Assembly: GCA_964106645.2 (NCBI GenBank)
Contig: OZ067049.1
Direction: 5' to 3' (one strand)
Origin: Podarcis pityusensis
Taxonomy: Eukaryota
DNA: 64,000 nucleotides
Shown here: positions 25,214-48,733 of the stretch, in pieces
Layout: each line of letters starts with the position of its first letter
How positions within the stretch are numbered: the stretch's first letter is position 1
Position numbers and translations under genes: made by a program
Notes under the pieces: model-generated
Told to the model about the DNA's origin: nothing
What the model saw: only the letters and a program-made list of their open reading frames with translations
The model's database searches: none

Positions 25214-25479
25214 CTTAGCAATTATGCTAAAATTCAACTAAAATGTATGTTGTTCCATTGTTTTTGTAGTCCTTATGAATGTATTGCTTTACAAGAGTGT
25301 AGACACATCAAAATATTTTCCATTAATGTCTTACTGGTTTTTCTAGCCAGTATACTGAAATGAAGGCATTATGAAAATAGAGGAAAAGGTATAGAGAAAA
25401 ATATTTCTGACTTGCCTTTACAAAAAGATTAATGGTATCCTTTTCAAGGACATTTACATAGTATAAGTCATTTGTAGAG

Positions 25480-25530
25480 CTACAGATCGGGACTATCTTG
25501 GAATGCTTGTGATTCAAATGCCATTCTGCA
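25480..25530 (-). CDS. EFCAB1: EFCAB1 exon 6 (terminal)
   Basis: tttacag|[16 protein letters not shown]. Confidence 0.85.
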   Translation of the reverse strand, partial: CRMAFESQAFQDSPDL

Positions 25531-27878
25531 CTGTAAAGTAAAATGAGAATGTTTTTTAAAATAAGTATTTAATATATGATTAGTCTTACACAATATAAAA
25601 TACCTCTGAAGCTTAAAATATTAACACTATACTTTAACAGTAAAATTTTAATACTTTTCTCTTATATCAAGGAATCTTTATTATGGCCTATGCCCAGTGG
25701 GATTTCTGCTCCTTCCAGTGTGAACAGCAAACTCCCATGTCATATCACAACTTGTTCTCGAGGTGCCCATCAATTAAAAAAAACAAACCAGTTTTTTCGT
25801 GTTACTTGGGAGTTTCTGGGCTTGTGTTTCTCAAAACACCCATACCAAACTTCTTTCTATCCTGATTTTTCACACTTAAAAAAAAAAAAAATACTGTATT
25901 TTGAAATGTAGCCCTATGCCATGGCCAAGTATGACCCCCAAGGCACCTAAACAGAAAGGTGTTAACAGTGTTTGCAAACTGTTAAACAGTTTGTAGAAAT
26001 GTGAACATGTTCTTCAGGCTCCATACAACTTCCTCCGGGACAGCATTTATTAAGTTTTTATATAAGTACAGTGTGGTATTTTTGGGGGAAATTGGAGGCA
26101 TTTGTGTTTCTTTTGAATCACTTTGCCCAGAGGCCAGCAGTAGTCCCAAACTGCAAACTTGGTTCTTTGGGGGGAGTGCAACCTTATCAAGAACTAGTTG
26201 TAGACTTCCATCCATGGTGGTTAGCATCCCACCCTCAACGCCTCTGAGAATCATTGTCACCACAGCTACATTCCACCTATGTCAAACCTGGTCAGCTAAA
26301 CCACCCAGAATGACACTATGGTTTATGATATTGCAAGCCTCTGAGGTTGCAGAGAACTGATAAAGCTGTGTCTCCCCCCCCCCCCCATATTCAGAAGAAC
26401 GAAGGCTGTTCTTCCCAAAACCAGGAAGAAAAACTGTTTGGAATGGATCTAAATAACAGCGTTATCCAGTACTGCCTGGAGTTGTCCAGCTGTCACATGC
26501 ACCACCACCTTGCCCAAGAATAGAATATTTAAAACAAGGTGGTAGTTCTCCCAAGAAAATTGGTTATTTAAAAGGGGATCCTACTACTGCGTCTTCAAGG
26601 GCAGCAGGAACCAAATCATCTCAAGGAGACATTCACTACCTCTACAAACCCAGCGCATGTCTGGCGGATCTCAATAACCAGGAAAGGCAACAATCAAGCA
26701 AATGCCTAATAAACAGTTTCTCCAAGCAGATTGTGTCAGCATATTGCACAAGATGAAAAGGATCCGTAACAACATGACTAGGCAGCCCACAAACTTCACC
26801 TCCCTCTGATTGTATCAACTCTGGCATTTATAGATTTCATAAATACCTTTATATCAGGTAAGCATGGTCCAAATGCTTCTAAAAGGAGGTTTTCATCTCT
26901 CACAGCGTTTTCGAAATCCGCATAAGAGAGTTTGCCGTCATGGTCATAGTCCTGCAAAAGCAGGTATTTTTAGTTAATTCAGTTGCATTTAGGATGCACG
27001 TACATTTAACTGAGAGTAAGCCTCACTGAACCCAATGGGCTTACTTTGAGTAGAGATACAAATGTACTGTCAGCTTGCTAGCATAGTATAATGAAATGCT
27101 TTTGGCTACTATTGTATATGTTTCTCTGCCTTGCTGATGCCTTTAGAAGTACTTTGCTCCTATTCTTGCAAGCACTTTAACCTGGTATTGCCAGTTAGTA
27201 TAGTCAGGAGATGGTCTGCTGAATTATCTTTTTAGGTATTCTTGAGAGAGATTGAATCAATTTGTGCTTCTTTTTCGTCTGTAAAAATGTGGGTGCAGAG
27301 CTTCTCTTACCATAAACCAATAGTTCATATGAGCACATTATAGATACAAGCACAAAAGCTACAAAAGCATGAGAAACTATATATTTACATTACAATACTT
27401 GCCATTTTCTTCAAAGTTATTTCTACTAAATCTTTAATTCCTTCATCAGGATCTTCTTCCGATGGCTGCTTTAGCAGGCTGTTCTTCAGCATATGAAACA
27501 TTTCCTCCCGTGAAATATATCCATCACTGTTCATGTCATAGACCTCAAAACAATCTTTGGAAAGGACAAATGATTTAATGGAAAGCAGGCATACATATCA
27601 AATAAAGCACTTTTACATAATGAGAGAGCTTAGCTGATACTAAATTATATACAAAGTAAGTAAACCAAGAACTGCTCTGTTGAAGCCAATTTTTTTGAAT
27701 TCCCCCCCTCCCCCAAATAAGATGCTGCATATTTATAGTCAAATATCATAACCCTATCCCTATGTTGGCTTTAAATCAACCTAACTCTATACACTCCCAA
27801 GCTAGACACTTACTTCCTGTTTATTCATACATTTACTTTTCTTTTTCATTTCCTGCAGGACCACCTACCTTTTGTGAA

Positions 27879-27914
<36 letters not shown>

Positions 27915-30900
27915 ATGAAGTGGATCCTAAGACTGATAACAGGAAACATTATATCTATGTGCCTTATATATTCAGACGCAATACCAGATTTTGGAAAGCA
28001 AATTCTTTGAAAACAAACTCAGTATTACGATAGACTGGCCATTCCCAAAATGATATATACTCTATAGTAGTGCAGGCAGTATAGTTTGTGATAGAATACA
28101 TGACAGCAAGTACTTTGTAAAAACAGTTGCAGAAGGAGTGGCTATAAGAGAGGCCTTCTCATTCTTATCTAAAGGATCTAAACTACAAACTAGGATGGTT
28201 CATAAGATCTGGGTTCACAGTCAGGGAATTTTGTAGTGTAGGAATTAAACAGAGACGATATGGGTTCAAATCTCTATTCAAAAACAAAATGTCTCAATAT
28301 TTCCCCCCATTGATTTAAAGGATTGATTCTTATTGTTTTGTTGTACTGTGTTCTCTTGAGAATTTGTTATGATGCAAATAACAACATTGTGAAGCAATGT
28401 TGGTTCACAGCTGGAAAATGGATCATCATATAAACTAAATTAAACTTAGGGCCTGTCCTAAGTTTAATTTGGCCTCATCTACTTACAGGGTTTTCAACAG
28501 TAAAAGCACAAGACTGATGAACCACATATGCCACCTGAGCACTTCGAAAGAAAGGGAGGATAAAAATGTAGTAAAATGAGTGATGAAACATTCCTATTTT
28601 TAAAAGTAAATCGCTCGCATACTTTAGCAATACACTTGTCATTTAAATTGTCTTAGATTTGAAGACTAGCGTAAAAACCTGCTAATGGTACGGAAACCTT
28701 ACATTTTATTTTTTCCTCCAGTGTCCCCCGAAGAAATATTGATAAACCTTCTACCCATTCTGTTACACTGACACAGCTGTCATTGTCTTTATCAAAAGCA
28801 CGGAACACTGAAGAAGAAAAGTTATGGTATATTTCAAAATACTGTAAATTATTTGCAGCAAAGTAATCGCTCACCCAATGTATTTGTGTCTTACAAACTA
28901 TATGGTTCAAATACACAAGAACTCCTTTAGAAATTTCAAATCAATTCTTCATCCACAAGTTCTTTGGACCCAGAGGAACTTTAGATTTGTAGCTCTCAAA
29001 AAAACAGCTTCCCCTTTCATATAGCTACTTGTATTTGAAACGGAGAGGTTTTTCAAAAGCAGCTTCTGATGTGGCATACAGAGGAGGGGAGGGGGTCTTT
29101 CGTTCAAAAGAAAAACGAATCCTACAGGGCCCGTGACCTCTTTGTAAACCTAAAGTAGCATTTGGATCCAAGTCGTAATGCTGGAACAATTCTGTGTCAC
29201 CAAGTGGGAGTTTTAAAAACACAGTTATGTAATTTAGTAACCATAGCTTCTGATGACATTTTAACAGATGTAGTGTACTTTACACTTTAACTGCTACTCA
29301 TCTAAATTGCCTCATTAGAGCAACAGAAATGTACTTGTCATGCTACACAATGCTGCACAGAGCAAGGACTTAGACAAACACTGACTACTGCTCAAAATGA
29401 GTTAGTATAATGTGTCTAATGCAAATGTCTTCACCATTCTATGCCAATAAACTGATATTGGGGAAAGATTGCTACTCTGAACAGACATTTTTAACAAACT
29501 AGAAAAAGCTGAATTATTGCAAGTTAATGTTTGGAGAAACAGTTAAGAACTATAACTTGAAGCAATTGTTCTTGAGCTTGCGTTTCCATCCTTCCATTTC
29601 TTTTTCTTTGTGTGCCATATCTTTTTGAATTGTGAGGTTTGGCTTAGTACCAATTTCTTTTAAATAGCTCTTATGGTTTTGTTGGCTAAAGGGCAGGGTA
29701 TAAATGCCTTATGCTGCTGGCAACCATCTGTCTCAGGAGACAATGGAGGAATGTGCCTTTGGAGGTAAAGTCAAACTGTTGGAAGGTTACAGTGCCCGCT
29801 GTGGCTATAGAGACCATTACGGGAGAGACACTGTCCAGAAAGATCAACTCCTCTCTTCCCTCCCCGCCAAACTAGACTCGAAATAAGTTAGAATATTCTT
29901 TGTAACCCTAATTGTTGGAGTGGGGGTGGGGAATGTGCATGCGAGTGGCAGTGGAGCATGCAAGCATGCACAATTGCAGTGAATGTGAAGCATGTGTGCA
30001 TCAATGACTGCAGTGTATGTTGTGCCCACAATAGCTTCTCAGACTCCCAAATGTTCCCCCACTGTCCCAAAAAGGATGGTGGTCCCCGAGCTACATAGCA
30101 ACTTGTATAGCAATACTTGTATTGGTGCCATTTTTGAGTTGCTCAAAAACCACATTATAAATGGCAAACACAAACAGTACTCCCAGTACCTACCTATTAC
30201 TCATGCGTATTCATGGGCTGTTATTAGTAACAAACAGTAAAGCATTTAATGTAATACCAGAACAATTATTATCATGTGTCCTATTGATGTTGTGAATAAC
30301 CATAGGGTACTGGAATAGAAATGTTTTCAAAACTATGTGAGATGCTATTTTAATAGATGTTTTACATATATCACAATTTTGCAAGAATGTAATCTCACCT
30401 CTGTCCATAATCATGTCATCTGTCATACCAAATGTGACATGCAGGATATTTCGAAATGAGTTACGATCCAAACCAACAGCAGCATGCCGGTCGCTGGGTT
30501 CCACCCCCAAGTTGTTGAAAAGCTTTATGAGACATTCCACTTCAAATTTATTGACTATGAAATAAAATAGAAGTTATGGCAATAAGCAAGTGGTAAAAAA
30601 GGAAAAATCTCCACAATATTTATAGCCTGCTCTGGTATGCTTTCCCCAGGAAGTCTTGTCCAGAGTGGAATCCTTTTGGCATCAGATACAGACCTTTTTA
30701 TTTGCTCAGGCCTCTTTGACATTGCAGATCTTTCTGAGTAGGCATGTCTAGGATTGTGCTGTATATCTTCATAACAATAGTACATTTATTGAAATGGGTT
30801 CAGTCACAACCTGGTCTTTAACATGGTTTTGAAATTTAGTTACATCTCTTGGGTAGCTGCAATGTGGCAGACAAACTTTTTTTATACACACACAAACACA

Positions 30901-31896
30901 CTAACAATTCTACCCCACTTTCCTTCCCAAAGGAGATATTGAAAGCAGGTAACAAAACATAACAAAACCCCCACATTACCTCTTAAAAAACTAAATATAT
31001 ACCAAACACAATCCAAGAGGGGGAAAAAAGCATTAAAGATAGGGGTTAAAAATAGGGTTCTCAGAGCCAAAATATAAAAAAGCCATAAAACGGAAAGCTT
31101 GTTTAAAAAGAAAAGGCTTCAGACACCAGGGGAATTGAGCTGAAAGAGAAATAGGATCTAACCTTGCAAGACAAGACATTCTGCCTACAGGGCACTGTGT
31201 TGTCACCTAACACATCTCAAAAAGCAAGAGAGCACATTCACCTGGGAGGAGACCCATGTAGATATGGTGACAAATTAAAAAGAACAGCACACAATGGGCA
31301 TTGGAAAACATGGGCTCCTCTGAGCAACCAAAGGAATACACTGGATTTCTAGCTCGATGGTGGAATCCTGTGCATGTCTACTCAGAAGTTATCAATTGGG
31401 AAAACACCCACGGTAGGATTGCAACCTGAAAAAGAAATTTTGGGGTTGCTGAATGCTGCCTTTCTTGGGAGTTGCTGAAACTGGCTTACCAGCCAATGTT
31501 GAGGGCCATATCCTACACAGCTAAAACTATGTGTGGACCTTGGGCCCCGTGTATGCTTTCATTATTGCATTTCTACGCTGCCTTCCTCTGTGGAGCTCAG
31601 CGGGGCCCTGCTTTATCCGCTCAACAACACCCCTGTGGGGTAGGTTAGGTCATGCAAGCTACCTCACAGGGCGCACCCACGAACACGCGTGTCAACCCGG
31701 GGCTCCCTGGTGGCCTCGCTCCGACGCCTGAACGACTGACCGCGTGTAAAAAGCGTAAGGGCAAATGCTGCGGGGACAGCCATTTTTTAAATTTTTTTTT
31801 GGCGGGAGTGGGGAAGGGAAGGCCCGCCTGCCACTCACAGTGCCTCGCGGTTCTGCACAGAGACTCGGCGAGCTTCTGCTGCTTCTTCCTGTTCAT
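25480..31896 (-). CDS. EFCAB1: Calaxin / EF-hand calcium-binding domain protein 1 (EFCAB1/CLXN family), 6 exons, 208 aa
   Basis: complement join 31839-31896, 30399-30554, 28703-28807, 27403-27554, 26847-26951, 25480-25530 = 627 nt; [59 protein letters not shown]-hands [12 protein letters not shown] and [23 protein letters not shown]. Confidence 0.94.
26120..26200 (-). mobile_element. L2-clade RT-region fragment
   Basis: [20 protein letters not shown] resembles the lizard L2 motif VLDGVALPLKDQVRSLGVLL. Confidence 0.5.
26847..26951 (-). CDS. EFCAB1: EFCAB1 exon 5
   Basis: [35 protein letters not shown]|gtattt. Confidence 0.94.
27403..27554 (-). CDS. EFCAB1: EFCAB1 exon 4 (GC donor)
   Basis: [50 protein letters not shown]|gcaagt. 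Confidence 0.93.
27884..27911. repeat. (TG)n microsatellite
   Basis: Read directly. Confidence 0.95.
28703..28807 (-). CDS. EFCAB1: EFCAB1 exon 3
   Basis: [34 protein letters not shown]|gtaagg. Confidence 0.94.
30399..30554 (-). CDS. EFCAB1: EFCAB1 exon 2
   Basis: [37 protein letters not shown]|gtgaga. Confidence 0.94.
31839..31896 (-). CDS. EFCAB1: EFCAB1 coding exon 1
   Basis: gagATG; [20 protein letters not shown]|gtgagt, within a CpG island. Confidence 0.92.
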
Positions 31897-32300
31897 CTCG
31901 GGTCTCCTCGGGCGACCGCGGACGCCACAAGTCGCCACGCGGTGGCCGTGGCAACGGAGGCTCCGCCCGGCCGGCCGCTCCCGACGCGGGAGGCGCAATG
32001 GAAGGCGGCGGTCGCTCCCTCTTTGCCAGACGCTTTTAAGGCTCTCTTTAGGCTGGCAACGTTTGCGGCCCTGGGGCTCGCCCTTCCCTCAGTCACTCTG
32101 CTCCTTGTTTGTGGCGTTTTTAGGGTCCGAAGTGAACCAAGGAGGAAAAGCCCGAGGCAAGGAAACTCAGGGCGGAAGGCGGGCTTGGTTTGGTTACCGT
32201 GGGGACCATGGATACTGAATAAAAGAAACTGGAGGAGGGAGACTATATGGGACGGCATATATAGCGCCAGACCGACATCCCCGCCCCAGTCCCGTCCCAC
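31897..32300 (-). promoter_or_regulatory. EFCAB1 CpG-island promoter with X-box-like motifs
   Basis: GTCTCCTCGGGCGAC 31902-31916, GTGGCCGTGGCAAC 31942-31955, GTTACCGTGGGGAC 32193-32206, GGGACCATGGATAC 32202-32215; GC box near 32279-32287. Confidence 0.7.
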
Positions 32301-32621
32301 TGAATTGTATGGGGCTAGGATTAAGCTGTAATTAAGACAAAAAAGAGAGCAAGTAACTTATTTGTCCTTGGAGCCAGCTCCTCCCACCATTCTTTCTACT
32401 TGGCTGTTGTCAAAATGCTGCATGTTTCAATGATGCTTTCATGTGCAAGGATCCCCAGGTCCAAATTCTCACCTGTAACTCACCTGTAACAATTCGCTTT
32501 CCACCGATATCTAAAGCTGTTGTGAGCCTAGGTGTGACGCAGCATGATTTTGGCCAGATGTATTGGGCTCATTTTTAGTTTGCAAGTTTTGGGAACGCAC
32601 CTTGCAGTATAGAGTCTAGAA

Positions 32622-32845
32622 CTGTGGTTCCCAAGGTGGGGCGCACACCCCACAGGACGGCAAGTTGATTTTAAAGGGGGGAAATTAGAGAATGAGTTAT
32701 TAACAGTGAATGGCCTTTTAGGCGTTCTCTATGTGAATAGGACTTCACTTTTTGAATAATAATAATTATATGTCACGGGGGGGGTGCTTCAGGATTTTAG
32801 AGATGCTTAGGTGGGGCATGGCCAAAAAAAGGTTGGGAACCACTG
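32622..32845. mobile_element. hAT (Charlie-like) element with 8-bp TSD
   Basis: TIR CWGTGGTTCCCAA; TSD GTCTAGAA at 32614-32621 and 32846-32853. Confidence 0.85.
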
Positions 32846-33308
32846 GTCTAGAATCTCTGTTCATCCTGCCCTATGGCTAGAAGTGGTAAGCAAACACTGT
32901 TTTTCAAGGAAGCTGTGCAGTATTATGGTTATCTTCAAAGAATTCAATGATAAACTTGCAAGTAAACCTCATGCTACACATAGTTATCTGAAAAGTAATC
33001 TATGCATAGCCTACACCAGTTTTAGACAGCCCAAGATCACTTTACGTATGTATGACTTTGAGTCAAAAGGAACTTAGGATTTCCCACAAGATAGTACACC
33101 CCACCATAGTACTGGATGCCTTCTTGACAGCAATTTGCTTTTTTTAAAAAAACTTCTGCACCACAAGAAACTGGTGGGAGGAGGTATCCAACCTTGAGAC
33201 CCACTGCTTTTCTCCGTGTTCTGCCATAATAATTTGAAAAGGCTAACAGGCTTTCTGAGAACAATAGTAACAATTTACTTTCTATCTTTGCAGTGACCCA
33301 AATTAATA

Positions 33309-33563
33309 CAGTGGAAGCTCGGGTTGCGGACGTAATCCATGATGAAGGCACGTCCGCAACCTGCAGCATTCGTAACCTGCAGTGCCATGTCTGCGCACGT
33401 GCGTGACGCGATTTGGCACTTCTGCGCATAGTGCGATTTAGTGCTTCTGCGCATATGTGAGCGGCAAAACCCAGAAGTAACCCTTTCTGGTACTTCCAGG
33501 TTTCCCGTTGTCCGTAACCTGGAAACGCATAACCCGAAGCATCTGTAACCCGAGGTATCACTG
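33309..33563. mobile_element. Related Tc1/mariner MITE with a different interior
   Basis: TA-CAGTGGAAGCTCGGGTT..AACCCGAGGTATCACTG-TA. Confidence 0.8.
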
Positions 33564-33702
33564 TATTTTTCTGCTCATCTGCTTAACAAGCAGCTGAGGA
33601 AGGAAGCATTACTCAATCTCAGGGCTGGTCCCTATGGAGAGGCAAATTTATATAGCTCATTGCGGCTATTCCTGTTACCATAGCATGCATATGATGCTAC
33701 AC

Positions 33703-33708
33703 TTTATT
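33703..33708 (-). terminator. Candidate FAM133B poly(A) signal
   Basis: AATAAA on the - strand ~1.9 kb past the stop codon, at the end of an AT-rich repeat-poor tract. Confidence 0.4.
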
Positions 33709-35634
33709 TCTGAAAAAAATAATACAGTTGTTTGGACACACTCTGTCTCTCCCTATTTCCGGTCCACCTGTCTGACACACACAGAGACAATGCAGAAATG
33801 AATAATTTTTTCAAACATTATCTTTACTAAGTGTCTGGCAGTAATTTTGAATACCAAGACATAGTTGCATAACAGGTCTGCCACGGAACTTGTGTAGAGT
33901 AAAATCAGCTTCAATATGAAGCTGTTTGATATCATCCCCTCAGCTTTTTACATGCTAAATATCTTCAGCAAGTGTGCATTTAAAACATAGGCATGGATGC
34001 AATAAAAATCTGTAAGTAATGCTGCATGTGAAACATAATTAATTTTTTAAAAAATCCCATCGATTACAACTGTATTTCTCTATTGGTTAATTTAAAAATG
34101 GGACAAAATCATGCAGAACATTAATTCTAAATACCTTAATGACAACACAAATAATAATAATAAATGCAACAGTGTTTGCTGGGGGGGGGGGGAGAAATCA
34201 ATTAACTCAATGCCACCTCAAATAATGTTAAGTACTCAGTATTCTTTTGATTCAACAGGGGTAAAATCCTCACTTTTGGGGCGTCAGCTATGCCACATTA
34301 GGCTGGAGTTAGGACCAGACTAGGTGGGACCAGACAAATCACATTTGTTGTTCACATGCCTGTTCATGCATAAAGAGGCAGGGAGAGGAGGGTAGGGTCT
34401 TTTTTAAACAGCAAAAGTTGGGGGTAGCCTCTCTTCCCACCCACCCCACCCTCCTGTGTCACCTCTCCAAGTTTTGTTGCTCTATGCACCGTTCCCCTGG
34501 CTCAGCTCCAATACCAGAAGTGAGCTAGACTAGGGGGGAACAACGAAGCAGAAATGAGAAGGCTGCCACATTTCAGCTCTCCTCAGTCACATGTGCTTTT
34601 TGTTATAAAAATTAGACACTCCACACCATTATACGTGAATGGGGTGGCCATGTAAATTAACAAAAGCGACTGTCCCCAATCGCATCTAGCTTTTCCATAA
34701 CCAGTACAACTGCTCTTCTGCGGGTCCTATTTACTTTTCACAAGGAAAGGTCTTCTTGGTGGAATCTACCCCATATTCAGAAAGAAAAATGGCTACTTAA
34801 AGTACCCTTGGAAGCACAGCAACAGCATCAGCAAACACTGGTGCTGCTTGCAAGGATTCAAAATAAGCTGTCTGATCCAAGAGAACACAAACATCCAGGC
34901 CCCCCCACTTAAAAAAAAAGAGAGCAAAATTATGATACATACACACAAACTGACATTTGTACAGGTTACTGACACATTCCTGTTTCAAAAAATGGCAACA
35001 GTAGTAATGAAATGTCACAGGAGTTGCTATGCTGTGTTCATCTTTGATAATGAATTTTGCATATTTGTAAAAAAATATAATGAAAATTTAAATTTAACCA
35101 CTCGTTCAAAAATAAAAACACCCAAATTCATTGTTTGCTTTATGGGAAGAGGTGCACAGGCAGGGTGTCCCGTCCATAAGGGCTGGCCCAGTCATTACAG
35201 TAAACGGCTGATCTACATGCACAGTTGTTTATGTGTGTGAATCGGGGCCTTCCATTAATTGCAGGGGGACCCATGGGTGCAGGGTGCACATACAAAGACC
35301 CTGGAATGGGCAAACCCTTTTCTTGTACCAACCCTATTTTGCACTGCTGTTACATCATTAAACCATGTGCAGGGCTTATTTTAAAACATTTAACGCCAGT
35401 CACCGGGGCCGAGGGGAGTGGGAAATACTACATATATTTAAGCATCAGGCAACAACAATGGCTATTTCCAGCCCAACTGCACTGGGCAAACTGAAAGTTT
35501 AGAATATTGTTAATACACAAGAGAACTCATGCAGTTTGGTAAAGTTTTGTCGTAATTTTCACAGTTGCAGTTCTCTCTAGTCTCATTGCACTTTTGATAA
35601 GAAGGTGTTGGGGGGAAGAGAGTCTTGACTGAAG

Positions 35635-47632
<11,998 letters not shown>

Positions 47633-47950
47633 GGCGTGCAAAGAAACCTGCGGCGCCCGGCGCTCGGTCAGAACCGCACCGGCCTAGCTGAGCTCCCTTT
47701 CTCCGCTACCCGTCAAGTTGTTGGTTTTTTTTTCTTAACCATCGAAACGCTACCGAGCATGCTCAGTGGCATCCGAGCATGCTCAGTGGCAGACCTCGAA
47801 GCGCCCGTGCCCTTCCTTCCTTGCCCACACTCGGGAGTCGGGTTGCAAAAGCGCGCTGCTGGGAATGGGTGGACGAGTTCGGCGCGTCTGAATGAGGGAC
47901 TTGGGAGGCTGGCGGGTCGCGCCGCAGCAGGAATTGCTCGCCCGCTTGCA
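47633..47950 (-). promoter_or_regulatory. FAM133B CpG-island promoter
   Basis: CpG-rich ~47250-47950; duplicated GAGCATGCTC palindromes at 47755-47764 and 47775-47784. Confidence 0.75.
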
Positions 47951-48484
47951 CTTGTGAGCAAAGACCGATTCTGCAAGCAAAAACAGCAGTCTGGTTTGAA
48001 AAGGGGTGTCTGTAAAGGTGCATCAAAAGAGCCTCAGATTGAGGCAGGGTCAGGCTGCGTCACATTTACCTTTCGTCAGAAAGAACTACCGGTAACTGCA
48101 AGGGAGGGGATGGGGGGGCGGGCGTGGGAGAAAGGGAGCATGAAGGAAAAAAATATATGGAATAATGCAACTGCTTAAGGGAGAGGAGGAAACACACTCT
48201 CCGCCCTATCCGCTTCAGGTGTTCCTCGCCCCCTACCCATGCCTCATGCACGTGATTGTGTCCATACCCCAATACAGGGAACGAAACTGGGTGCTGTCGT
48301 CAGGATACATCTCCAGGTCTTGGAAAAAACACACTCCCTGTTGCAGCGTCTGGGGGGAAGAGGTTCAGAGGGCCTGCAGTGACTGCCGAGCAAGCCAGCG
48401 GGGGGGTCTTCCCTTAAGAGGGTCCCAGGCTACATAGGCCAGCCTTTTCCCAACCTGCTGCTCTCCCCATGTTTTAGGCTAGAG

Positions 48485-48733
48485 CAGGGGTCAGCAAACT
48501 TTTTCAGCAGGGGGCCGGTCCACTGTCCCTCAGACCTTGTGGAGGGCCGGACTATATTTTGGAAAAAATATATATGAATTCCTATGCCCCACAAATAACC
48601 CAGAGATGCATTTTAAATAAAAGGACACATTCTACTCAAGTAAAAACATGCTGATTCCCGGACAGTCCGCGGGCTGGATTTAGAAGGCGATTGGGCCAGA
48701 TCCGGCCCCTGGGCCTTAGTTTGCCTACCAGTG
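48485..48733. mobile_element. Second copy of the same hAT element
   Basis: Near-identical to 13431-13683; degenerate TSD GGCTAGAG/GGCTAGGC. Confidence 0.85.

Noticed and set aside
31645-32331. 188-aa + strand ORFs and 117-135-aa - strand ORFs at EFCAB1
   Set aside because: CpG-island artefacts apart from the 58-nt coding exon 1
33037-33561. 174-aa - strand ORF as a possible transposase
   Set aside because: Runs through a 255-bp non-autonomous MITE into flank; no DDE/D motif
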